From: an uncultured Planctomycetota bacterium
Lineage (GTDB): Bacteria > Planctomycetota > Planctomycetia > Isosphaerales > Isosphaeraceae
Reading direction: 5' to 3'
NCBI GenBank assembly: GCA_963845755.1
Contig: CAWJTV010000025.1
Coordinates: 128,001-192,000, forward strand
DNA: 64,000 nucleotides
The notes under the pieces are model-generated. The model had not been told where the DNA came from. It made no database searches and saw nothing but the letters and a program-made list of their open reading frames with translations. Below are positions 47,948 to 58,539 of the stretch, one piece after another (position 1 is the stretch's first letter; each line of letters starts with the position of its first letter). The position numbers were made by a program, and so were the translations under genes.

Positions 47948-49117
47948 CTACCTGGCGCGACGACGGATCGCGTAACCATACTGGGTCGGCCAGCACGGCT
48001 CGACGCCCAACTCTTGCTGCGCCCGCAGCGTCCAGTACGGCTGGCGGAGCAGCTCCCGAGCCAGGAAGACCAGGTCGGCCTCGCCGCCGGTGATGATCTC
48101 GTTGGCATGGTGGGGCTCGGTAATCAGGCCCACCGCCCCGGTCGGGATCTCGGCCTCGTCCCGGATCCGACGCGCGAAGGGGACTTGATACCCCTTGCCG
48201 ACGGGGATCCGTGCCTTGGGCACCAGCCCCCCGGACGACACGTCGATCAGGTCGACCCCCAGGCCCTTGAGTCGTCCAGCCAGCACGATCGATTGGTCCG
48301 CGTCCCAGCCCTCGTCGGCCCAGTCGGTCGCCGAGATCCGCACGAACAGTGGCAGCTCCTCAGGCATGCGCCGGCGGATCGTCTCGGCCACTCGCAGGAG
48401 CAAGCGCATCCGATTCTCCAGGCTGCCGCCGTACTGATCCATGCGGCGGTTGCTCAGCGGCGACAGGAATTCGTGCAGCAGGTAGCCGTGGGCCGAGTGG
48501 ATCTCGATCACGCGGAACCCGGCGGCCAGCGCCCGGTCGACGCCGGCCTCGAAGGCGGCGACGACCGCGTCGATCGCCGACTCGTCGAGCGCGACCGGCA
48601 CCGGATCGCCCTCGGCGAACGGGACCGGGCTGGGGCCGACGACCGTCCAGCCACCCTGCTCGGGAGTCTTGAGACTCGCCCCGCCCTTCCAGGGCACCTC
48701 GCAACTGGCCTTGCGGCCGGCATGGGCCAGTTGGATCCCCGCGACCGCTCCCTGGCCGTGCACGAACCGAGCGATCCGGGCCAGCGGCTCGATGTGCGAG
48801 TCGTCCCAGATCCCCAGATCGCCCGGGCTGATCCGGCCGTCGCGCGTCACCGCGGTCGCCTCGACCACCACCAGCGCCGCGCCGCCGACCGCTCGACTCC
48901 CCAGGTGGACCAGATGCCAGTCGTCGGCATGCCCCTCGGTCGCGCAATACTGGCACATCGGCGACATCACCACGCGATTCCGGAACGTCACCCCGCGGAT
49001 CGCCAGCGGGCTGAAGAGGTTGACCTCGGGCAGTTCGCGATCGTGGTCGGTGTCCGCCCGACACCCGTGGACCGGGGAGGCGCCCGTAGCGTGGATACTC
49101 GTCTGCTTCTCGGTCAT
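47948..49117 (-). CDS. namA: NADH:flavin oxidoreductase, YqjM/NamA-type old yellow enzyme
   Basis: SPMCQY, QLAHAGRKAS, HSAHGYLLHEFLSPLSNRR and RISATDW. Confidence 0.88.
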   Translation of the reverse strand: MTEKQTSIHATGASPVHGCRADTDHDRELPEVNLFSPLAIRGVTFRNRVVMSPMCQYCATEGHADDWHLVHLGSRAVGGAALVVVEATAVTRDGRISPGDLGIWDDSHIEPLARIARFVHGQGAVAGIQLAHAGRKASCEVPWKGGASLKTPEQGGWTVVGPSPVPFAEGDPVPVALDESAIDAVVAAFEAGVDRALAAGFRVIEIHSAHGYLLHEFLSPLSNRRMDQYGGSLENRMRLLLRVAETIRRRMPEELPLFVRISATDWADEGWDADQSIVLAGRLKGLGVDLIDVSSGGLVPKARIPVGKGYQVPFARRIRDEAEIPTGAVGLITEPHHANEIITGGEADLVFLARELLRQPYWTLRAQQELGVEPCWPTQYGYAIRRRAR

Positions 49118-49268
49118 GTCGTGCGGCTCCCTATCGGCCTGACGCCTCGATCCGTCCGTGAACGTTTCCAAGTGGTTCCTTCGACTGGTCGGCGCCGGGC
49201 CCAGGTATGGTCCCTGGTGAGTTCCATGATACATGGGGTAAGAGGGTGCTCGAGACGCCCTCGTCGGA

Positions 49269-50315
49269 TTACAAGCTCCCAGCGTCGATCACCTCGCCGC
49301 CGGCCTTGGTCGCGATGGCCCACCAGGTCTGCGGGCTGACGCTCTCCTTGATGAAGCGGACCGAGCCGTCGAGGAAGCCGGCGTTCACGCCGCCCGGATG
49401 GAATGAGCTGGCGCCGACGCACACCGTCTTCCACTCCACGGGCTGGGTCTCGCCCTGAAAGAGACAGGCTTTCCGATTCGGCGTCATGATGTGCGAGTAG
49501 CCACCCCCCTGGCAGGCGAAATCGGTCCCCCAGATCTCGCCTTTGTAGTCGAACCCGGCCAGCGTCGTCGCTTGCTCGCACGCGGTCTCATAGGTGATGA
49601 GTGGCACATACGCGATCGTGGGCGGCGACGGCATCGACATGAGGTAGACCTGGTTCGGACCGGGAATCGTGGTCCCGTTCTTCCCCCGGACCATCTCGCT
49701 CCAGAGGACGGTGCTGGACGTCCCATCGGTGATGTCCGCCAGGGTGACGGTCATCGCGAGCGGGGCCAGACTGGCCGAGGCGTCGGCTCCCATGAAGTAG
49801 GCCGGGCCATCGTATCCGCCGCCGTTGTTGGCGGGCGTCGTGCCCAGGTTGTTGGGATAGCTGGTATAGCCGATCTGCCGCGGTCCGGCCCCGCCGACCG
49901 CATACATCCCGCACGGCACGTTCCCATCCGACGTGCAGAGGAACGTGCTCACCATCGTCGTCAGGTTGGTCGCGTTCGGGTCCGAGAGCTGGAAAAACGA
50001 CATGTTCATCGAATTGAATAGCACGGCCTGATCCAGGTACGGGAGGATCCGCGCCTTCATGCTGAAGTTATTCGACCATTCGGGGCCCGTGGCCGCCGCG
50101 GGCGGTAGCGCGCCGTGGACGTCGATGTAACCCTGGGTCGCGAGTCCGAGCTGTTTGAGGTTGTTCACGCACTGCGATCGCCGCGCCGCCTCGCGCGCGG
50201 CCTGCACCGCCGGCAAGAGCAGGGCAATCAGCAGGCCGATGATGGCGATGACGACCAGGAGCTCGATCAGCGTGAAGGCGCGGCAGGGAAGCGGCTCGGT
50301 GGAAGACGACGTCAT
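49269..50315 (-). CDS. DUF1559 prepilin-type protein
   Basis: [41 protein letters not shown] and [18 protein letters not shown]. Confidence 0.95.
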   Translation of the reverse strand: MTSSSTEPLPCRAFTLIELLVVIAIIGLLIALLLPAVQAAREAARRSQCVNNLKQLGLATQGYIDVHGALPPAAATGPEWSNNFSMKARILPYLDQAVLFNSMNMSFFQLSDPNATNLTTMVSTFLCTSDGNVPCGMYAVGGAGPRQIGYTSYPNNLGTTPANNGGGYDGPAYFMGADASASLAPLAMTVTLADITDGTSSTVLWSEMVRGKNGTTIPGPNQVYLMSMPSPPTIAYVPLITYETACEQATTLAGFDYKGEIWGTDFACQGGGYSHIMTPNRKACLFQGETQPVEWKTVCVGASSFHPGGVNAGFLDGSVRFIKESVSPQTWWAIATKAGGEVIDAGSL

Positions 50316-50374
50316 CGCACACTCCTCAGCTCCGGGAGAGACCGTGAATTCAGAGACCCCACGATCCAATTACA

Positions 50375-50403
50375 AGCGTAAGAGATGCGCGGCTTTATGT
50401 CAA
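50375..50403 (-). promoter_or_regulatory. Putative sigma-70 promoter for the DUF1559 gene
   Basis: TTGACA-17bp-TACGCT on the minus strand, about 60 bp upstream of the ATG. Confidence 0.45.
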
Positions 50404-50456
50404 CGACCGTCGTGCTGGCGTGGTCGACGGAGGGAGATTGAGTCTTGCATTATGGC

Positions 50457-51027
50457 ATGCAGGCGGCTAACATATTATCGTTGGCTGATCTTCCCGTGAG
50501 CCTCTGGAATCTGGAGCGCGGTGCGTGGAGCGGCGTGAGAACGCTGAGAGGGGTGAAGATTGATCCAATCTTGGATTCCAGCAATTTGATTGCTGCATCA
50601 GACCCAAACAACGTCAATCATGTTACTGCTGTAGCATATCTAAAATCAAATCAATCGTCGGGGTTGAGTGCCAGTCAGCAAGCCCTTCGGGAGTTCCTTG
50701 CAAGAAGGCCAAGCCCGGGCGCCTTCAGGAGCTTGCAGAAGACTTATGGAATCACGCTGGCTCTCAATATCCCGCAAGGGGAAGTCCGCAGGTTGGCGGT
50801 TCGTCTCCAACGGGCTTTCCCAGAGACGGGTGTGCCCTACGCGACGGCGATGCTCGGATTGCCGCAGAAGCCCTGATCAGGGGCGAGGCGCTTGCTACGG
50901 CTGACCTTCCTCTTTTCAAACGAGGTAAGGACCTGAGTATCGACGTCGGGTTTCTGGGTTCGAGGCAGGGGCTTTGCGTAACGCGGCAAACTACCAACCG
51001 AATCCCGTCACGATCCCTCCGCCTTGA
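50457..51027 (+). pseudogene. PIN-domain nuclease, toxin-tip-like, with frameshifts ~50822 and ~50963
   Basis: Stitched translation ILDSSNLIA..ALREFL..LRDGDARIAAEAL..LATADL gives four spaced acidic residues. Ends ...NPVTIPPP*. Confidence 0.6.
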
Positions 51028-51040
51028 TAAGGAGTGTGTC

Positions 51041-51430
51041 ATGACCCGGAATGAAGTCTACGTGAACATCGCACGCAACGTACTGACCCATCTGCCTCCG
51101 GCCGAGGAATCGGTGCTCGCGTGCATGATTACGCTCCATACGCATGACATTATCCTTGCTGATTCGTGTAACCCTACCGACATGACCTCAGTCGGTGAGC
51201 GCAGGAAGCTATCGGCCGTGACCCGACGCCATGCGGCGGAAATCGTTGCCGCGGCCACTGGAAACGCAACCGACCAGCCTACCATCGATTACTGGTACGC
51301 CAGGTACTCATCCCGCACACCCTACGAAGTGGTAGAAGATCTTCCACAAGCTCTCATGAGCCAGGTGCTAGGAACGGTGACGGCCATGAAAACGTCACCT
51401 CTCGTTCAAGATATTATCGAAGCGGAATAG
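51041..51430 (+). CDS. Hypothetical 129-aa protein, candidate immunity protein
   Basis: AAGGAG RBS directly after the PIN stop; same low GC as the PIN gene. Confidence 0.6.
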   Translation: MTRNEVYVNIARNVLTHLPPAEESVLACMITLHTHDIILADSCNPTDMTSVGERRKLSAVTRRHAAEIVAAATGNATDQPTIDYWYARYSSRTPYEVVEDLPQALMSQVLGTVTAMKTSPLVQDIIEAE

Positions 51431-51557
51431 TGTGCGTGTTGACGGACGGCGGATGAAAAAAGGTCAGCAGCGTGAAAAGGGAGCGGGAGCCTTTCCGAGG
51501 CTTCATTAACCTTCCCGAGCGAAGTCTCAAGACAGGTTCCTGGCACGGGTTTTCTCC

Positions 51558-53588
51558 TTAACGGCCCACGTCCAGGGCCAGCCGGGCGAGTGCCGCCAGC
51601 TCGAGCGTAATCCGCGCTGCGGGTCGCATCTCCCAACGGGGCGTCTGGCTCTTCTGCTCGAGGGCGTCGGCGAGCATGGCCACGGGTCGGGCGAGTCGAT
51701 CGAAGCCGATCGCCGCGCCGAACCGCGCGAGCTCGCGCCAGCTCCGCGCGGTGTGGGCGTCGGCCCGCTGGAGGCCCACCAGGAGGAGCTCGCCCAGGGC
51801 GATCAGGAGCTGGCGCGGATAGTCGTCGATCGGGTCGGTCGTGTGACCCGTCATGCCGCGAGCGGACCGGGCGACTGCCGCCTCGCCCGGGGCGCGGTCG
51901 ATCCAGGGCTGGAGGACCTCGCGGGAGGACTCCGTCCTGGAACACGAGCGCCGTGGGCGCGATCGCAAGCCCATGCGGGCCCGATCGCGCCGGTCCGGCG
52001 ACGAAGCGGAGCGATTCCGAGGGGCCTTTTGCCAGCCGGGCGAGGAGCGCCTCGACCCCGTCCCGGCCTCGGCTGTGGTAGGGATGCTCCAGCAGGGCGA
52101 TCCCTCCGCGCGCGTCGAGGACGGCGGCCCGGACGACCTGCGCGGCGGTGTCGAATCCGAACTCCTTCACCGCGGCGACCGCGACGACATGGAAGTCCTC
52201 GGCCACGCGACGCGGTCGAAGCGAGGACGGAGGCAAGACCCCGAGCCGGTGCGGAGCTCGTCGAAGTCCTCGGCCAGGACCGGGGCGCGGAGCTGCTCCC
52301 AGGTGAACGCCTGCGGGTTGACGGCCGCCCGGGCCCGGCCGATCACCAGGCGATGGCTCGGCGACCGCTTTGCCCCCTGGATCAGCAACTGGCCCGCGGC
52401 CAGGGTTGCCATTGAGGTCCCCTTGACGACCACAGTCTGAGCCAACTTCGCGAAGTCGCGCGGGGGTTCGATCGCGCCTTCCGCGGGATCGGCGAACTCG
52501 CGTCCGGCCACGACGATGGTCCCGGTGTTGACGTCTTGCAGATAGGCCAACAACTCCACGGCCCGTCGGGTCACGCGTGCCCCGCAGCCCAGCCCGACAT
52601 AACGTGCCCGATCGATCTCCACCGGCTGGTCGGACCGGGTCCCACGGATCAAGAGCTGTGGCACGGTCTTCGTGTCGTTCCGGATCGCGTCCGAGCGAAT
52701 CACCAGCTCCCCGATCAGCTCGGCGGTCCGGCTCGAATCGAACAGGGCGTCGTGTGCCCGGTAGCGCTCGAAGTCGCGCACAAGGTCCCCGATCAGCTCC
52801 GCCGGCCAGATCAGGTCTTCAGACCGGCAGCGCGCTTCCAGCCGGGCCAGCCGGTCGCCCCAGGCGGGCGGGGCTCCCGAGATCCCGTGCTCGAGCCATT
52901 CCTGGAGCGTCCCTTCCAGGTCGTCGAGCAGCGCGGTGGGGATCGGCAGGGCCGATTGCTGGGTCGAGACCAGCCCCGCCGTCGCGGAGGGCTCGAGCAT
53001 CCGGAACGCCCAGACGGCCGGCGGGACGTGCCGGCAGGGCGCCGGCTCGGCACAGTCGCAATGGGTATAGCGCAGGTCGCCCGGCACGAGGAACCGCACG
53101 GTGTGAGGCGGGACGTGGAACCGCGCGCTCGGCTTGGCCCCGCGGACCAGCTCGACGAGCAGGCCCTGCTGGTACTCGCCCCGCGCCTTGGTCAGCACGG
53201 CCGGCTTGAAGGCGGCGGCCAGGGCCTCGTCGGTGATCCGACCCGGGTCCCACGGCTCGGCTGGGCCCGAGGGGATCCCGGCCCCTCCTCCCGCGTCGGC
53301 CGCGGAACTCGCCGCCCTTCGCTGATAGGCCAGCACCGTGCGGACCAGGTGCCGGCAGAGCTCGGTCGCCGCGCAGGTGCATCGGCCGTCGGCGATCACC
53401 TTGCCCGGCGGCAGCCGGCATTCCACGCCGTCCGACCACCGCGCCGTCAACGCCCCGTCGGCCGCTTCATCCAGCTCGCCGGTCACCTCGCCCGATTCCA
53501 GCTCCCGCACGGCGCGCTTGACCGTCCCCCGGTTGGACAGGACCGCCAGGTCGTCCGGCGACAGCGCCATCAGGTCGGGTCGAGACAT
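51558..53588 (-). CDS. SWIM zinc-finger protein, YehQ-like (frameshifts ~52240, ~51940)
   Basis: LSNRGTVKRA, and two SWIM motifs CTCAATELCRH and CDCAEPAPCRH. Confidence 0.8.
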
Positions 53589-53879
53589 CGGTCATCCGGG
53601 TGCCACGCGAGCACCACGCCGCGGCTGTTTCCTCAATGCGTCAAGGCTCGATCGTAATCCAGCCCGGTGCGACCGTCGAGGGCCACCCCGAACGGCTGGA
53701 AGAGGACCGACTCATCGTCTCGCGGGACCGACCCGGCGACCAGGCTTCATCCCGCCGCATCTTGCATTCGATCCGCGGCGCCCGCGGCGCGAAATGTTAG
53801 CCATGATGCCAAGAATCACCATCGTTGTGGTGATTTCGAGTTAATTGGTTGTGCGTGACCCGATAGCGTGAGACGCTGA

Positions 53880-53908
53880 TTGACATTCTCAGCACACTGC
53901 ATGATAAT
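53880..53908 (+). promoter_or_regulatory. Sigma-70-like promoter facing antisense into the vWA gene
   Basis: TTGACA-17bp-GATAAT. Confidence 0.4.
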
Positions 53909-53943
53909 CAGCGAATTCTTGGTTCCGGCTATTTCGGGACCGA

Positions 53944-55080
53944 TCATCGGACCTTCTGTGCCACCCATTCGGCCAGCTCGCCGGGAGTCATGGCTGCGAC
54001 ATGGGCGCCCAGCGCGACAAGCCGCTGGGCGGTGGCCTTATCGTAGTTCGGCTCGGCGCGCTCGTCGAGCGCCGCCAGGCCGAGCAACGTCACGCCGCTC
54101 TCGACCAGTCCCTTGGCAACGCTCAGCACTCGATCGACTGGGGCACCTTCGTAGAAGTCGGTGATCAGCACGACGATCGTCCGCCGGGGATATTCAACCA
54201 GGCGGGCGGCATAAGCCAGCGCACTGCCGATGTCCGTCCCGCCCCCGAGTTGCACTTTCATGATCGTCTCCACGGGATCGTTACATTGATCGGTCACATC
54301 GACGATGTTGGTGTCGAACAGACAGAGGTGTGTCCGAAGCGTTTTGATGCCGAAGAAGATCGCCGCGGTGACGGCCGCATGGATCACGCTGTTGGCCATG
54401 CTGCCGGATTCGTTGACCAGGATGATCACCTGCCACTTGTCGGCCTGGCGGTGGATGCGCGAGAAGAAGAACGGAGTCTCGATGGTGAGCCGTTTTGCCT
54501 TCGGGTCGTAATGGCCCAGGTTGCGGCGGATGGTCGTCCGGGCGTCGAAGTTCTTGGCGACCTTGAGCCGGGTACGACGCTGACGGTTGACGGCGCCGAG
54601 GAACGCCGATTGGACCGGCCGCGCGAGCTTCTCCATCAGCTCCTCGACGACCTTGCGGACGTGGTCGTGCGCCAGGGCGAGCACCTGCTGATTCATCAGG
54701 TGTTTGGTGTGCAGCACGGCCTTGAGCAGCGTCATGCTGGGCCGGGCGCGGCGGAGCAGTTCGGGGTTCGTGACCATCTCCTCGAGCTGATACCGTTCGA
54801 GCGCGTCTTTCTCGATCCGCTCGATGGTCTTCTTGGGGAACAGGGTATGGACGGCGTTGATCCACTCGGGGACGGTGAGCTGGGACTCGCCGAGTCCGCC
54901 GCCGTGCCCGGTGCCGCCGCGGACGTTCCGCCCGGCGCCATACTCGCGATCGTAGAGATAGCCGAGGGCTCGCTCCTGTTCGGCGGCGGCGCCGTCGAGC
55001 GGGCATCCGAGTGCATCCTCCGCGCCCTGGCCGAGGACCAGCCGCCAGCGGACCAGCCGTTCGCGCGATTCGTCGCTCAT
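53944..55080 (-). CDS. vWA (CoxE-like) domain protein, YehP-like
   Basis: RWRLVLG, MIDAS-like [20 protein letters not shown] and ITDFYEG. Confidence 0.88.
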   Translation of the reverse strand: MSDESRERLVRWRLVLGQGAEDALGCPLDGAAAEQERALGYLYDREYGAGRNVRGGTGHGGGLGESQLTVPEWINAVHTLFPKKTIERIEKDALERYQLEEMVTNPELLRRARPSMTLLKAVLHTKHLMNQQVLALAHDHVRKVVEELMEKLARPVQSAFLGAVNRQRRTRLKVAKNFDARTTIRRNLGHYDPKAKRLTIETPFFFSRIHRQADKWQVIILVNESGSMANSVIHAAVTAAIFFGIKTLRTHLCLFDTNIVDVTDQCNDPVETIMKVQLGGGTDIGSALAYAARLVEYPRRTIVVLITDFYEGAPVDRVLSVAKGLVESGVTLLGLAALDERAEPNYDKATAQRLVALGAHVAAMTPGELAEWVAQKVR

Positions 55081-57419
55081 GAGCGTCCCCCCCGAATGCC
55101 GAATCGATGGGCGGCCTGGAACAGCCGGGCCTCGAACGCCATCGCCCGCGCGGCGACCTCGGGACTGACCTCGAGCGCGGCCATCGATGATTCCTCCGGC
55201 TTGATCCCCAGCGCCTGGAGCAAGGTCAGCGCCATGTGATGTTTCTCTCGTGGTGTGAAATACGTGAAGGCCAGCCGGAGCGCGGGCAGGGCTTCCAGGA
55301 ACGATTCGGCGGAATACGCGGCGATCAGCTCGTCGATGCCGAGGATCAGGCCGATCTGCCGCTGGACGGCCTCGCGCGCCAGGCCGAATAGACCGGCGAG
55401 GAAGTCCCCGAGCTTGCCGGGGTCGGCAAAGAGTTTCAACTCGGCGCGGACGCGATCGGGGTCGGCCGCGCCCAGGGTCCACAAGGCGCCGTAGGCCGCG
55501 CCCCGAACAACCGGCGTCTGGCCCGGTTCGTCGCCGACGCGTCCGAGGACATCGAGGAACTCGGCGCGATCGAGGCGGCTCTCCGCGGCGCATTGCTCGA
55601 ACGTGTGCAGCAGCGAGCGGACGCCTTCGATCAGCTCGGCATCGTGTCCGCCGAGCTGCCCCAGGCCCTCGAGGAGCCACAACCCGCGCGCGAATGCCTC
55701 GACCAGCAGTGAGGCAACGTCCGGGCGCCCGCGGCTACCGAGCGTCGCATCGTGGCGGTAGAGATAGAGCAGGTGGCCCAGCGCACCGGTCACCGCCAGG
55801 AAATCCCCATCCTGGCGGATGAGGATGGCGAGCCGGCCTTGCAGCTCGCCGGCGACGGACGCCAGCCCGGCGAGCACCGCGTCGAGGAGGAGCCGCGCCG
55901 CGGCGGCCGCATCGCGCTCGATCCGCGCGGCCGACTCGAGTAACCGTGCGGCCGCAGCCTCGGCGAGCGTCGGGCCATACCGCGCCGCCTCGATGGCGGT
56001 CGCTTCCAGGTCGGGCGACCAGGCGATCCGCCAGCGCTCCCAGCACCGGACCAGGTCCTCGCGACGAGCGAAGTCGGTCCCGCCCAGCCGGCTGAACCCG
56101 GCGATCCGGAGCAGGGCGATTTGATGCAACAGGCGACTCTTCGAGCGGTCGGCCTCCGCGTCGAGGTCGAGCTCGAACTCGCGGGGCCGGTTGTCGGGCT
56201 CCCAGCCGTTCTCGGCGAGCCGGCCCTTGAGGTCGTGAACCAGGGGCGGCAACGCCGTCCCTTCCGCCAGGCGTCCGCGCTCGCCGCCGCGGAAGACCTC
56301 GTGCACGGCGTCGAGCAGCGGGTGAACCTCGCCCTGGATCGATTCGTCCTTGACCAGCGCCGCGGCGATGCCGTCGACCAGGTCGCGCCGCCAGACGGCG
56401 GCGTGGCCCCGGAGTGCCGCCAGCCCCCGGGCGGTCGCCTGGGCGGCGATCAGGTCGGCCGCGCTGATCGGCTGCCCGCGGTCGCGCAAGACCTTGGCCA
56501 CGCGCGCCAGCAGCCGACGATGCGTCTGCGACAGCCCCGCGCGCCCGTCCTCCCACGCCTGGTGGTAGAACCCCGGGTTCGGCATGCCTGCCTCGTATCC
56601 CTTCAGGCCGTCGAGCCGCTCGTACGAGTACGGCGTCAACGCCAGCCCGCGCTCCGTCATCTCGGCGACAGGTGCCGCAGGGGGACTCTCATCGTCAGCT
56701 CCGGGTTCGTCCAGGAGCGCCCGAAGCGCCGAGCTGTGGAAACCGCCCGTCACGACGAGCAACCGGCCCCGGTGCTCCCCCATCGCCCGGCGGATCTCCG
56801 CGGCCATGAACGCCTCCCGACGCCGGTCGACCGACCTCGTCTCGTCGTCGAGCCGGCGCATATGCTCGCAGAATGCGTGACCGCGGCGGAGGTATTCCTC
56901 GACGCTCATCGCCGGCTCGACCTCGAACATCTCATCCCAGAGCGCATCGAAGTCGTCGACTCCGAGCCGACGGCAGAGCATGGCGATATATGCACCTCCG
57001 CGCATCTCGGCATCGGCGTAGCGGTGGCTCAGGCGGTCGTCGCCCGCGACCTCGGCCCACGGCAGGTCGATGAACCGCACCGTCGCGCCCAGCCTCCGCC
57101 CGACCTGAAGCGCCTGCCACTCCGGCGAGAAGACGCAGAACGGGTAATACGCTCCCCATCGCGAGCCGTCGGCGAGCCGCACGTAGCTGTAGATCGCGAT
57201 CGGCAGATGATGGCCCAGGTACAGCTCATCCAGCCGGTCGTTGTAGTCGGAGGGGCCTTCGATCAGCACCGCATCGGGCCGCATCCGCTCGGCCAGCTCG
57301 ACGACCAGCCGCGCGCACAGCGGGCTATGATGCCGGACGGGAAAGAACACGACCCGGTCGCCGATGTCGATCCTGGCGGTGGGACGGTGGCGCTCAAGGC
57401 AGGTGGCTCCGGGCTTCAT
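55077..57419 (-). CDS. DUF5682 family protein, YehM-like
   Basis: [36 protein letters not shown] and [10 protein letters not shown]. Confidence 0.88.
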   Translation of the reverse strand: MKPGATCLERHRPTARIDIGDRVVFFPVRHHSPLCARLVVELAERMRPDAVLIEGPSDYNDRLDELYLGHHLPIAIYSYVRLADGSRWGAYYPFCVFSPEWQALQVGRRLGATVRFIDLPWAEVAGDDRLSHRYADAEMRGGAYIAMLCRRLGVDDFDALWDEMFEVEPAMSVEEYLRRGHAFCEHMRRLDDETRSVDRRREAFMAAEIRRAMGEHRGRLLVVTGGFHSSALRALLDEPGADDESPPAAPVAEMTERGLALTPYSYERLDGLKGYEAGMPNPGFYHQAWEDGRAGLSQTHRRLLARVAKVLRDRGQPISAADLIAAQATARGLAALRGHAAVWRRDLVDGIAAALVKDESIQGEVHPLLDAVHEVFRGGERGRLAEGTALPPLVHDLKGRLAENGWEPDNRPREFELDLDAEADRSKSRLLHQIALLRIAGFSRLGGTDFARREDLVRCWERWRIAWSPDLEATAIEAARYGPTLAEAAAARLLESAARIERDAAAAARLLLDAVLAGLASVAGELQGRLAILIRQDGDFLAVTGALGHLLYLYRHDATLGSRGRPDVASLLVEAFARGLWLLEGLGQLGGHDAELIEGVRSLLHTFEQCAAESRLDRAEFLDVLGRVGDEPGQTPVVRGAAYGALWTLGAADPDRVRAELKLFADPGKLGDFLAGLFGLAREAVQRQIGLILGIDELIAAYSAESFLEALPALRLAFTYFTPREKHHMALTLLQALGIKPEESSMAALEVSPEVAARAMAFEARLFQAAHRFGIRGGRS

Positions 57420-58534
57420 AGTACGCCTTCCACGCGGCGCCGGGCCGCCCCTTGACGACGTGGTTGAAGTAGTGGCGGAGCTTCTTCAGATCGTCGGGCG
57501 CGTCCTTCAGCGCCGAGCCGACGAGGTGCTGGACCAGATGCCCCGGCTCGACCTCGCCCTGACCATAGTAGTACGCATGGAGCCCCGCGGCGAACCCGGC
57601 CGAGACGGCCTCGGCGGTGCTCAGGGCGGTCGTCAACGGCTCGAGCGCGCTGCCGGTGGCCGTCTTGCCGGAGCGGAGCTCGCGGAACGTCGTGACTAGC
57701 AATTCGGTGATCTCGGGCCGGAGCGAGACCGGCACCTCGGCGCGGTGGAGCAGCCGGTCCGACTCGCGCTGCACCAGGGCCATCTCCTCGGCCAGGTCGG
57801 CGATCGGGTGGACCGTCTCGAAGTTGAACCGCCGCTTCAGGGCCGCGCTCATCTCGTTGATGCCCCGGTCGCGCGTGTTGGCCGTGGCGACCACGTTGAA
57901 GCCCGCGCGGGCGTAGAGCGTCCGGCCGGGACCGCCCAATTCCGGGATGCTCATCACGCGGTCGCTCAGGATCGACAGGAGCACGTCCTGGATCTCCAGC
58001 GGGCAGCGCGTGATCTCCTCGAACCGGACGACTTTGCCCTCGCTCATCCCGCGATACAACGGCGCCGGGACGAGCGACGCCTCGCTCGGCCCCTCGGCCA
58101 GGAGCAAGGCATAATTCCACGAATACTTGATGTTATCCTCGGTGGTCCCCGCGCCTCCCCTGGATGGTCAAGGTCGAGTCGCGGCTGATGGCGGCGGCCA
58201 GCAGCTCGCTGAGGTAGCTCTTGGCCGTGCCGGGCTCGCCGATCAGCATCAAGCCGCGATTGGTCGCCAGCGCGACAACACAGCGCTCCAGGAAGGCGCG
58301 CCGGCCGACGAATTTGGGAGCGATCCCCTTCGCCTCGTCGCCCAGCACGAAGGTCAGCACGGAGCGGGGCGTGAGCCGCCAGCCCTGGGGCCGGGGCGCG
58401 CCGACGTCGTCGCGCGCGAGGCGCTCGAGCTCGTCGGCGTAGAGGACCTCGGCCGACGGGCGCTGGATCGCGTCGAGGTCGGCTGAGGCCACGGGGCTGG
58501 AAGCTGGGGTCTTGGGATTCTTCACTCGGGCCAT
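57394..58534 (-). CDS. MoxR-family AAA+ ATPase, YehL subfamily (frameshifts ~58155-58105)
   Basis: [22 protein letters not shown] and [23 protein letters not shown]. Confidence 0.88.
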
Positions 58535-58539
58535 GCGCG

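Noticed and set aside
55081..55680. N-terminal extension of the vWA ORF
   Set aside because: It overlaps DUF5682 out of frame; the true start is MSDESRE at 55080.
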